Positions 8,832-15,459 of a stretch of DNA of 64,000 nt are shown piece by piece (the stretch's first letter is position 1; each line of letters starts with the position of its first letter). The notes under the pieces were generated by a model that did not search any database, was not told the origin of the DNA, and saw only the letters and a list, made by a program, of their open reading frames with translations. The stretch spans positions 124,001 to 188,000 of the IMG/VR virus record IMGVR_UViG_3300044625_001067; one strand, 5' to 3'. The position numbers were made by a program, and so were the translations under genes.

Positions 8832-9395
8832 TCAAGTTTGAAAACACCCGTAGTAGGCTCGTCCGTAGCACCCGAACTCGGACAGGTTGGTGGTGCAGCC
8901 TGGCTGGCCTATCCACTCATTGAGAGAAACTTCGGTGAGTTCGTGAGGGTGGCCATCGTGGGCAGGAACGTCAACCCACTCGAAAATTCGAAAAATCGGT
9001 GCGGCTCGCAGGGCGTTCCGAATGATTTTGGCGGGGTCTACGGTGTGCTGGAGGCAATTGTACATCCATACCTCGTCCCACCCTTCCTCTTCAATTTCTT
9101 CACCCAACGAAACTGAGACCGAGATATTTTTACTCGCGTACCGGTCAACGGTCCATTGGGGGTAGACAATTGGGTCTACAACTTTCCCTTCAGATAGGTT
9201 TACAGCTTTTAGGAGAAGACTACTCGGGCCACCCCCAATATCAAGGACTCTCTTTCCGGCCACGTCAAAACCGTAGTGAGTCTGACGCAATCCCATTAAT
9301 CGACCGTAGACAAACTGCTTCGTTTCTTCGTCGTAAGTATTGCAACAGTCGCCCCAATAGGCTTTTTCAAACTCATAGTCTTCGTCGTGACTCAT
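8832..9395 (-). CDS. class I SAM-dependent methyltransferase
   Basis: RVLDIGGGPSSLL motif I; ATG at 9395 (MSHDEDYEF). Confidence 0.8.
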   Translation of the reverse strand: MSHDEDYEFEKAYWGDCCNTYDEETKQFVYGRLMGLRQTHYGFDVAGKRVLDIGGGPSSLLLKAVNLSEGKVVDPIVYPQWTVDRYASKNISVSVSLGEEIEEEGWDEVWMYNCLQHTVDPAKIIRNALRAAPIFRIFEWVDVPAHDGHPHELTEVSLNEWIGQPGCTTNLSEFGCYGRAYYGCFQT

Positions 9396-9439
9396 TTTAG
9401 AGTACCGTGGTTTACGGGGGGTTTGCGCTAGCAAAACAA

Positions 9440-9522
9440 TGGGTGTGGTAAGGATTCGAACCTACGTGTGCATAACAAACCGGGTTACAGCCGGTTCCCT
9501 TCGACCGCTCGGGCACACACCC
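9440..9522 (-). tRNA. trnY: tRNA-Tyr (GTA)
   Basis: GGGTGTG/CACACCC, loop CT-GTA-AC, long variable arm. Confidence 0.93.
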
Positions 9523-9556
9523 TTTTACTTTGAGCTGTGACTCAAAGGTTGTACAA

Positions 9557-9605
9557 GATGATTGTTTTTCTACCAAAAAGAAATTTGTGAATCGCTGAAT
9601 CATCT
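9557..9605 (-). repeat. stem-closed CAGCGA loop element, copy 1
   Basis: AGATGATT...AATCATCT stem; identical to the copy at ~10345-10393. Confidence 0.8.
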
Positions 9606-9627
9606 TAGTTTTGCATTCGCAAAACAG

Positions 9628-9699
9628 TCCGAGAGGGGAATTTCGAAATCCCGACTTCTGGTTCCCAAAACCAGCGCTCTTCCTCTGAGCTACCCCCGG
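9628..9699 (-). tRNA. trnP: tRNA-Pro (TGG)
   Basis: CCGGGGG/CTCTCGG, loop TT-TGG-GA. Confidence 0.9.
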
Positions 9700-9759
9700 T
9701 TAGAGCCGTTTCGTCTTATATAGACCCGGACGGACAGACCGGGTGGGGTATTTCCCGAG

Positions 9760-9832
9760 TGGAACCATGGGGTTACGATCCCCATACCCCCTGCTTGCAA
9801 AACAGGTGCTCTACCAATTGAGCTATGGCCCC
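9760..9832 (-). tRNA. trnA: tRNA-Ala (TGC), atypical T loop ATCGTAA
   Basis: G3:U70, loop TT-TGC-AA. Confidence 0.88.
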
Positions 9833-9878
9833 TTGCGCTAAGCGTGTAACTTAGGTGTTTTACCCTACTAGGGGCAAA

Positions 9879-9950
9879 TTGCTCTACCAGGAGTCGAACC
9901 TGGGTCTCCCCCCTTATAATGGGGGCGTCCTACCGTTAGACTATGGAGCG
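9879..9950 (-). tRNA. atypical tRNA with TAT (Ile) anticodon
   Basis: Cloverleaf with CCCCC-ATTATAA-GGGGG arm; C1:A72 and C6:A67 mismatches; D arm identical to the tRNA-Trp here. Confidence 0.75.
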
Positions 9951-10152
9951 GAGCTCTCTTTATGCTAACGACTGCCAATCGTTTCGCAGAGAGGGTTGTT
10001 TACTTGGCGAGTACTCAACCTGGGACTCTCACCCTTTTGCAAGGTTGTTAGTTTCCCTATGCTAAATCCAACTACTTTCAAGGTCGGTGAACTTAGGCAT
10101 TTTCGTCACTTGCTCGGCGAATCCAACCGCTCAGGGCCCATAGCGGTTGGTA

Positions 10153-10224
10153 TCGGAATGGCCGGGATCGAACCGACGACTTCTCGCCCCCCAGACGAGC
10201 GCTCTCCCTCTGAGCTACATTCCG
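10153..10224 (-). tRNA. trnP: tRNA-Pro (GGG)
   Basis: CGGAATG/CATTCCG, loop CT-GGG-GG. Confidence 0.92.
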
Positions 10225-10242
10225 TTATAGACCGTTTACCCG

Positions 10243-10335
10243 CCACGGTCAAGGGGATTTACTTAACTCTCCAGCTAAAACTGTGAGCAGTGTCGGCACC
10301 ACTTTCTAAGTCAGTTCCGAAGCTTGTAACCGTGG
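10243..10335 (-). ncRNA. candidate multibranch structured RNA
   Basis: CCACGGT/ACCGTGG plus CAAG/CTTG closing helix; inner ACTTA/TAAGT, AGTG/CACT and CTC-CAG/CTG-GAG helices. Confidence 0.45.
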
Positions 10336-10344
10336 GGTTAAACA

Positions 10345-10393
10345 AGATGATTGTTTTTCTACCAAAAAGAAATTTGTGAATCGCTGAATCATC
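10345..10393 (-). repeat. stem-closed CAGCGA loop element, copy 2
   Basis: Identical to copy 1. Confidence 0.8.
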
Positions 10394-10433
10394 TTCGAAA
10401 ATGCTATCGCATTTCTACCCTGTTAAGGGAAGA

Positions 10434-10505
10434 TCGGAAATCTCGGCATCGAACCGAGTACTCACGGGCTTCAACCGTGCGCTTTACCCTTCAAGCTCAT
10501 TTCCG
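10434..10505 (-). tRNA. trnF: tRNA-Phe (GAA), atypical (G8, G37)
   Basis: CGGAAAT/ATTTCCG, loop TT-GAA-GC. Confidence 0.85.
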
Positions 10506-10564
10506 TTGTGTCCCAGGTTTGAACCCCGGAAATTTATCACCTTGGGTGGTACCCCGAAGGCAAA

Positions 10565-10635
10565 CTGGGCGCACGGGACTCGAACCCGCAACCTTCCCCA
10601 TCTCAGAGGACGCTCTGCCATTGAGCTAGCACCCA
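10565..10635 (-). tRNA. tRNA, anticodon undetermined
   Basis: Good acceptor (TGGGTGC/GCGCCCA, G73), D and T arms; anticodon arm TCCTC-TGAGAT-GGGGA has a 6-nt loop. Confidence 0.7.
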
Positions 10636-10737
10636 AAACTCCCTAGCACAGTATCTGCAAATACCATTTTAAGGAGGGTTAAGCAATTGCAGTCGCTTCA
10701 CCTGGGGACTTTCACCCGTTTCCCCGGTGTGGGGTCA

Positions 10738-10808
10738 CGATCCTGAGGGGACTCGAACCCCCCTTCACCGGTAGACAGCCGGTGGCCTTCCCTGACGGCA
10801 ACAGGACC
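10738..10808 (-). tRNA. trnD: tRNA-Asp (GTC)
   Basis: GGTCCTG/CAGGATC, loop CT-GTC-TA, G73. Confidence 0.9.
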
Positions 10809-10859
10809 ATATTCCCGGAGTAAATCCGGGAGGGGCCAGGAAACCACTCCTGGACTTTT

Positions 10860-11050
10860 GCTGGGCTAGAGCACAAACCTCGCCCACAGTGAGTTATCGG
10901 CTCATGTCAGGTATCTCACTAACCTTGCACCCCGCTCTTTTTCGTACACGGGGAGTCCCTTGAGCTGGGCACGCTGTATCTTTCTGGTTAGGGGGCCAAC
11001 AGTGCCCTTGCCCGCTTTACTGTATTCCTGACACCGCAACGTGGCGGTCG
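10860..11050 (-). ncRNA. candidate pseudoknotted structured RNA (~190 nt)
   Basis: TGTCAGG/CCTGACA, GGGCAC/GTGCCC, CCCCG/CGGGG, crossing CTAACC/GGTTAG and AGTGAG/CTCACT, TGGGC/GCCCA; no ORF. Confidence 0.55.
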
Positions 11051-11074
11051 GTTCTTGCTTAAGCGTTGAGGCAA

Positions 11075-11148
11075 CACCCTGGGATGGAGTTGAACCATCG
11101 ATCTTCCGGTTCGTAGCCGGACGCTCTAGTCCACTGAGCTACCAGGGC
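11075..11148 (-). tRNA. trnR: tRNA-Arg (ACG)
   Basis: GCCCTGG/CCAGGGT, loop CT-ACG-AA. Confidence 0.93.
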
Positions 11149-11176
11149 ATTGTTTTAAGTTCCCGTTAAGAGAACA

Positions 11177-11258
11177 TACCGACCGAGAGACTCGAACTCT
11201 CACTCCTTTCGGAACCTGATTTTGAGTCAGGCGCGACTACCAATTCCGCCAGGCCGGC
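11177..11258 (-). tRNA. trnL: tRNA-Leu (CAA)
   Basis: GCCGGCC/GGTCGGT, loop CT-CAA-AA, long variable arm. Confidence 0.95.
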
Positions 11259-11333
11259 AATGTTTAAATTTTCAAGTTGCCCCGGAAAACCGGGTCGGGG
11301 GGTGAGAAACAAAGCTCTCTCAACCACTCCTTT

Positions 11334-11378
11334 AGTATAACCGGTTTCGCCGTGGGGCGAAAGGGCGGTTTACCGTCC
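11334..11378 (-). promoter_or_regulatory. promoter cassette heading a tRNA operon
   Basis: Dyad GGCGGTTTACCGTC, TTTCGC-17-TATACT, followed by conserved leader GGTGGTTG...GGCAACTTGAAAATTT. Confidence 0.85.
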
Positions 11379-11393
11379 CTTTGCTGGGGGTCT

Positions 11394-11564
11394 TCAGGTT
11401 AATACGGTGTCCCACACCACCCCAGTAACTGCATCGACAATGTAAATGTCCTCACCAGTTGAGCGGGAAATGTCGCGAGCTGCGTTTATTGCCTCGCCGT
11501 AGCTTGGGTAGCTTTCACCCCCAACAGAATCCCCGGTCACGGCTTTCTTGAGATAAAAGGTCAT
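11394..11564 (-). CDS. hypothetical protein
   Basis: MTFYLKKAV..., downstream of promoter 11588. Confidence 0.6.
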   Translation of the reverse strand: MTFYLKKAVTGDSVGGESYPSYGEAINAARDISRSTGEDIYIVDAVTGVVWDTVLT

Positions 11565-11587
11565 GAGTTTGTTCCGGCTACAGTGCA

Positions 11588-11636
11588 ATCATAGCGCCTT
11601 TCCACCGAAGAGTAAAGGGCGGGTGACCGAACCGCC
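11588..11636 (-). promoter_or_regulatory. repeated promoter cassette
   Basis: TTTACT-17-TATGAT with an adjacent degenerate dyad. Confidence 0.7.
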
Positions 11637-11715
11637 ACCCGAAATTTCTCTCAAGTAGCGGGGTTACGCACCTACTATAGTGCTACCCTGGCAAAGTAAA
11701 CGTGAAACACGCAGG

Positions 11716-11886
11716 TTAGAGGTAAGCGGAGCCAAGGATCACTTGTTCGCTCAGTTCATTAGTTCTCTTCAAGACTTGAGCAGCTTTTAGGAACTTTAAC
11801 GCCACTATGGGGTTAAGCCCACGAGATTGCTTGTACTTCCCCATTAAAGAAAGGTAAAGTTTTTCCGAGTTAGTTAATGTATTCAT
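11716..11886 (-). CDS. hypothetical protein
   Basis: MNTLTNSEKLYLSL..., ATG at 11886. Confidence 0.6.
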   Translation of the reverse strand: MNTLTNSEKLYLSLMGKYKQSRGLNPIVALKFLKAAQVLKRTNELSEQVILGSAYL

Positions 11887-11905
11887 GAGGGGTTCTTTAG
11901 AAGAC

Positions 11906-13066
11906 TTACACACCCTTGTATAGGAGGCTAACTAGATCTTTAGCGTCCGCTTCCGAAAGTTTGGACCAAGGGCCTTGCTCAAAAGTCTTGAGTGGGGATT
12001 GTGTACCATGCATATATAGGGCAACCACCTCGTCTTCTGACAAACCGAACTTTTCTTTTAGTTGCTTATCAACTTGAAACCTGTTTCTTCTAACAGTTCC
12101 CAGTATAGGAAGGTCTTCTTCCAACTTTTTCACGGAGGGCTTCATACTAGCTTTGTCTACTCTATGCATACCCATGACTTTCCACTCACGGGTTTGCCAA
12201 TTTCCGTAATTACCTAAAATAGCTCCTGTAGCATCCGCAGGAACTAGGGCTTCTGACCCTTTCCCGTGCTCCATGCCGGGGAAGTAGAAGGCACCAAGGG
12301 ACTCGGCCAAGGAAGCTTTAAAGCTTTGTTGGGAAAGCCCGAAGTCCACCCACCTCCCCTTTCCTGTCTTCTCTTCTACAAACAGGTTTCCTGGGTGTGC
12401 GTCGTTGTGAGCTACACCTAGTCGATGGAGGTCTGCCAAAGCTTTCCAATAAATATCGGCTGCAGGTGTGCCGGATACTTTTTGTTCGGGATTAGTAGCG
12501 AGAGACTCTATATCTCGCCCTGGAACTTTAGTCATGGCTATTCTACCGTGCCTCAACCCCAAGTGCTCCATGCCCATTTCGTCTGTTCCTTGAGTCTTCA
12601 ATCTGCCGTTTAAGTCAGCGGCTATTAAGTCCGGGCCGAGATCTTTAGCTCCTACTTTCTTTAAAATACTTGCCTCATTCTCTCCGAGAATTCCTCTCTT
12701 TATATATTGCCCCTTTTCGTTCACGGTTACGAACCCGTAAGCACCGCGTCCGGCCACCTGAGCTACGCTGCCTTTCTTGTCGGACCAGTCTTCAAAATCA
12801 GGGTTACCTGTTCTTTTGAGAATTTTGCTCTCAAGTTTTTTGTCATAACTATGCTCGTTGGACATATCCCAATCTTCTCGTCTTGTTGCGGTATCCTTGA
12901 TTTTATTAGTTTTATCTACGTCTTTCGTTGCATTACCAGAAAGTTTATCCTCAATGGAAATCAAAGACTTTGAAACTTGTGGACTAAGAGTTGCAGAACA
13001 CTTTTTAGAACTTTGAACACAGGATGCCCCACAACTCTTTCCGGCTTTACAATTCTTCTTAGTCAT
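11906..13066 (-). CDS. protein kinase-like protein with N-terminal Cys motif
   Basis: GRGAYG Gly loop, LHRLGVAHNDAHPGN catalytic loop, VDFGL; N-terminal CKAGKSCGASCVQSSKKC. Confidence 0.85.
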   Translation of the reverse strand: MTKKNCKAGKSCGASCVQSSKKCSATLSPQVSKSLISIEDKLSGNATKDVDKTNKIKDTATRREDWDMSNEHSYDKKLESKILKRTGNPDFEDWSDKKGSVAQVAGRGAYGFVTVNEKGQYIKRGILGENEASILKKVGAKDLGPDLIAADLNGRLKTQGTDEMGMEHLGLRHGRIAMTKVPGRDIESLATNPEQKVSGTPAADIYWKALADLHRLGVAHNDAHPGNLFVEEKTGKGRWVDFGLSQQSFKASLAESLGAFYFPGMEHGKGSEALVPADATGAILGNYGNWQTREWKVMGMHRVDKASMKPSVKKLEEDLPILGTVRRNRFQVDKQLKEKFGLSEDEVVALYMHGTQSPLKTFEQGPWSKLSEADAKDLVSLLYKGV

Positions 13067-13121
13067 GTGTGTTTGCGCCGATAGCTTAACTTACCCTTAC
13101 GAGTGATCTTTTAGTTCTGTA

Positions 13122-13192
13122 CACGTGGTAGAGGATTCGAACCCCTACGGGGAGTTTTGGAGACTCCAGTCCTACCGTTAGACGAACCACGT
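13122..13192 (-). tRNA. trnW: tRNA-Trp (CCA)
   Basis: ACGTGGT/ACCACGT, loop CT-CCA-AA. Confidence 0.92.
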
Positions 13193-13216
13193 AGGTTTGA
13201 GTTTCGCGTTAGCGAA

Positions 13217-13298
13217 AGCGGGTAACAGGATTCGAACCTGCGTGAACTATTCGCCTCTTGTTTGGAAAACAAGTGCTCTACCGCTGAGCTATACCCGC
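13217..13298 (-). tRNA. trnG: tRNA-Gly (TCC) with 15-nt variable arm
   Basis: GCGGGTA/TACCCGC, loop TT-TCC-AA, variable region AGGCGAATAGTTCAC. Confidence 0.9.
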
Positions 13299-13329
13299 AT
13301 TTTACTTGAGTTTTTTCGTGAGAGAAAAG

Positions 13330-13402
13330 AGCGGTCGACGTGACTCGAACACGCGACTTTCTACTTGGAAGGAAGACACTCTACCGACTGAGTTACGACC
13401 GC
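13330..13402 (-). tRNA. trnG: tRNA-Gly (TCC)
   Basis: GCGGTCG/CGACCGC, loop CT-TCC-AA. Confidence 0.9.
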
Positions 13403-13438
13403 ATTTTGCTTTAGTGTAATTTTCGCGTAAGCGAAAAG

Positions 13439-13511
13439 GGTGATAGACGGGACTCGAACCCGCTAATTACTGGTTCACAACCAGTTGCCCATCCCTTAGG
13501 CTTCTACCACC
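13439..13511 (-). tRNA. trnH: tRNA-His (GTG)
   Basis: Encoded G-1:C73 pair, loop TT-GTG-AA. Confidence 0.92.
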
Positions 13512-13542
13512 ATTGTAGGGGAGTTTCTGACTAATTTAAGCT

Positions 13543-13589
13543 AGATGATTGTGTTTCCAATAACGAAGGAGTTAATTGCTGAATCATCT
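13543..13589 (-). repeat. stem-closed CAGCAA loop element, copy 3 (diverged interior)
   Basis: Same AGATGATT-CAGC.A...AATCATCT frame with a different inner sequence. Confidence 0.7.
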
Positions 13590-13610
13590 ACTTTTCTGCA
13601 GAGCAGAAAA

Positions 13611-13684
13611 TGGCGGACCGGGGAATTGAACCCCTGTTCCTCTGGGTTATGGGCCCAGCGTGACTACCGTGACACTCGTCCGCG
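13611..13684 (-). tRNA. trnfM: initiator-type tRNA-fMet (CAT), C33
   Basis: Unpaired C1:C72, GGG/CCC anticodon stem, loop CC-CAT-AA. Confidence 0.82.
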
Positions 13685-13735
13685 TTACACCTATACTATA
13701 GCGTTTTTAGCTAGGAGTAAACTTCTCAAGGCAAG

Positions 13736-13806
13736 TTCCTAAGATAGGATTCGAACCTATATAATCTCCTTCAAAGGGAGGTGTCCTTCCGTTAGACGAC
13801 TCAGGA
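13736..13806 (-). tRNA. trnQ: tRNA-Gln (TTG)
   Basis: TCCTGAG/CTTAGGA (U1:A72), loop CT-TTG-AA. Confidence 0.88.
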
Positions 13807-13881
13807 TCGGCTGCCTTAAGTAGGGAGGCTATTATAGCCCCCTAAGATGAAAGTAAACTCTTGGCTAAGGTAGCAAGGAAA

Positions 13882-14000
13882 GGAGCAAGGTTGGACTTGA
13901 ACCAACGGCTTGCTTTGCCCTCCAGCGTTACGGTCCTTTACCGAGGGTCTCTTGCGAGACTCAGAGGAGGTTGCCGCTCTACCAACTGAGCTACTTGCTC
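13882..14000 (-). ncRNA. tRNA-like RNA A (anticodon arm replaced by branched domain)
   Basis: Perfect acceptor GAGCAAG/CTTGCTC, canonical D and T arms, ~65-nt insert with two hairpins. Confidence 0.8.
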
Positions 14001-14050
14001 TTTGCACCCTGAATTAAGTCAAGGAGCTAGAGTTCTCCGTAAAGAGAACA

Positions 14051-14132
14051 TACCCGCCGGGAGACTCGAACTCCCACGCCTTTCGGCACTAGTTCCTAAA
14101 ACTAGCGTATATACCAGTTTCACCAGGCGGGC
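14051..14132 (-). tRNA. trnL: tRNA-Leu (TAG)
   Basis: GCCCGCC/GGCGGGT, loop TT-TAG-GA. Confidence 0.94.
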
Positions 14133-14160
14133 TTGACTGTGATCCCTATGAAAGGGAAAG

Positions 14161-14232
14161 AGCGAACGAAGGGATTTGAACCCTCGACATTCTCGTTGGC
14201 AACGAGGTACTCTACCGCTGAGTTACGTTCGC
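14161..14232 (-). tRNA. trnG: tRNA-Gly (GCC)
   Basis: GCGAACG/CGTTCGC, loop TT-GCC-AA. Confidence 0.95.
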
Positions 14233-14274
14233 ATTGCTCCTTGGAGCAGTTTTCTTCTGCTTTTACAGAAGGTA

Positions 14275-14362
14275 CGGAGAGAACAGGAATCGAACCTGCG
14301 CAGGGGGTCTCCCCCCTGTAACCGTTTTCAAGACGGTCTCCTCGTCCAGCCGGACTCTCTCC
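14275..14362 (-). tRNA. trnS: tRNA-Ser (TGA), atypical D arm
   Basis: GGAGAGA/TCTCTCC, loop CT-TGA-AA, 7-bp variable stem with GAGA loop. Confidence 0.88.
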
Positions 14363-14411
14363 AGTTACCGTAGCACGGTAAGTTTTAGCTAGAAAACCGG
14401 AAGGTTTTCAA

Positions 14412-14570
14412 TGGGAAATGTTGGATTTGAACCAACGCTCTCTCAACTGATCAGGTTGTGAGCGTGCTGTTACAAAGGCGAAGGTCGGGGATCAATCCGC
14501 CATTCGACACTCGTACTGAAGCACTCACCTGGGTAATGTGCCCAGGGCTCTACCGCTGAGCTAATTTCCC
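14412..14570 (-). ncRNA. tRNA-like RNA B (~95-nt variable region)
   Basis: Acceptor GGGAAAT/ATTTCCC, canonical D and T arms, arm CCTGGG-CACATTA-CCCAGG, large structured insert. Confidence 0.8.
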
Positions 14571-14637
14571 GTTAACTCTGTTGACCGGAATTGAATCGGT
14601 CCCTGAACGTGCTGCCGTTTTTCTGCAAAGCAGAAAA

Positions 14638-14709
14638 TGGGGCATCTCGGATTCGAACCGAGGACTGACCGGTTAAAAGCCGGATACTCTACCGCTGAGT
14701 TAATGCCCC
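14638..14709 (-). tRNA. trnK: tRNA-Lys (TTT)
   Basis: GGGGCAT/ATGCCCC, loop CT-TTT-AA. Confidence 0.95.
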
Positions 14710-14792
14710 CCGTATTAAATTTTCAAGTTGCCTTTTGCTTTCGCAAAAGCGGGGAGGAGGTGAAGGCGAAGCCCTCTCTCAACCACCCCTTT

Positions 14793-14836
14793 AGTATAAC
14801 CGGTTTCGCCGAAAGGTGAAAGGGCGGGAAACCGCC
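14793..14836 (-). promoter_or_regulatory. promoter cassette heading a tRNA operon
   Basis: Dyad GGCGGGAAACCGCC, TTTCAC-17-TATACT, conserved leader. Confidence 0.85.
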
Positions 14837-14839
14837 GTA

Positions 14840-15064
14840 TCAAAGGGTGAACTCAAATACAACCTTGCGAACAAAGAAATCGTCAAGGTGCCCGTTGCCG
14901 TACATCCTGACGCAGTCCTGCAGCTTCGCAAGAATCTCGTCGTGGGTGGGAGCGGATGCCCCCTCTTCCAAAAGCTCGGTGAGTTCTCCAGCGATGGAGA
15001 CACAAAGTTCGTGCTCCTTACGAGCACTCAACCCTTTAAGGGTGCCGAAAGTTGCTTGAGCCAT
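14840..15064 (-). CDS. hypothetical protein, paralog of 8298..8537
   Basis: ATG 15064 (MAQATFGTLKGLSARKEHELCVSI). Confidence 0.8.
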   Translation of the reverse strand: MAQATFGTLKGLSARKEHELCVSIAGELTELLEEGASAPTHDEILAKLQDCVRMYGNGHLDDFFVRKVVFEFTL

Positions 15065-15095
15065 TTTGACTTGGAGGACCAACGGTAACAATTTA

Positions 15096-15161
15096 AGTTT
15101 AGCTGGTTTCACCGTGAAGCGAAAGGGTGGGAAACCGCCCCGGTTCGTTCGGTTAACTGAG
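15096..15161 (-). promoter_or_regulatory. repeated promoter cassette
   Basis: TTTCGC-17-TAAACT with dyads upstream. Confidence 0.7.
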
Positions 15162-15176
15162 CGAGTCACGGAGCAA

Positions 15177-15247
15177 AGCCCTGCCAGGGAATCGAACCCT
15201 GCTCTGCAGTTTACAAAACTGCTGCATCACCACAATGCTTGAAGGGC
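15177..15247 (-). tRNA. trnT: tRNA-Thr (TGT)
   Basis: Loop TT-TGT-AA; one acceptor mismatch. Confidence 0.85.
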
Positions 15248-15277
15248 ATTTTCCTTGTAGTTCTTCGGGGAGAACAA

Positions 15278-15366
15278 CGGAAGATGTGAGATTCGAACTC
15301 ACGGAGCTGCTTGCGCAGCTCAACGGTTTAGCAAACCGTCGCCTTCAACCACTCGGCCAATCTTCC
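15278..15366 (-). tRNA. trnS: tRNA-Ser (GCT)
   Basis: GGAAGAT/ATCTTCC, loop TT-GCT-AA, long variable arm. Confidence 0.94.
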
Positions 15367-15386
15367 AAAATTTCTCGTTAGAGAAA

Positions 15387-15459
15387 TTGCCCCAACCGGA
15401 TTCGAACCGGTATTTCCACCTTGAGAGGGTAGCGACCTAAGCCATTAGTCGATGAGGCC
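15387..15459 (-). tRNA. trnE: tRNA-Glu (CTC)
   Basis: Loop CT-CTC-AA, G1:A72 mismatch. Confidence 0.88.

Noticed and set aside
8832-9395. DNA C5-methyltransferase partner for the TET enzymes
   Set aside because: It has only a generic class I SAM motif and lacks the FxGxG/PC/ENV motifs of C5-MTases.
9879-9950. Ochre suppressor (TTA anticodon) and stop-codon reassignment
   Set aside because: The stem register fixes the loop as AT-TAT-AA, and long genes read normally with all three stops in the standard code.
10680-10737. Hammerhead or group II intron fragment (GGGTGAAAGTCCC hairpin)
   Set aside because: No CTGATGA core or other intron domains; treated as a spacer hairpin.
14275-14362. Selenocysteine tRNA
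   Set aside because: The anticodon is TGA (Ser), not TCA, and the acceptor stem is 7 bp.
14575-14612. Additional tRNA
   Set aside because: Only a T-arm-like remnant (ACCGA-TTCAATT-CCGGT) with no acceptor or D arm. A similar fragment lies at ~10510-10535.
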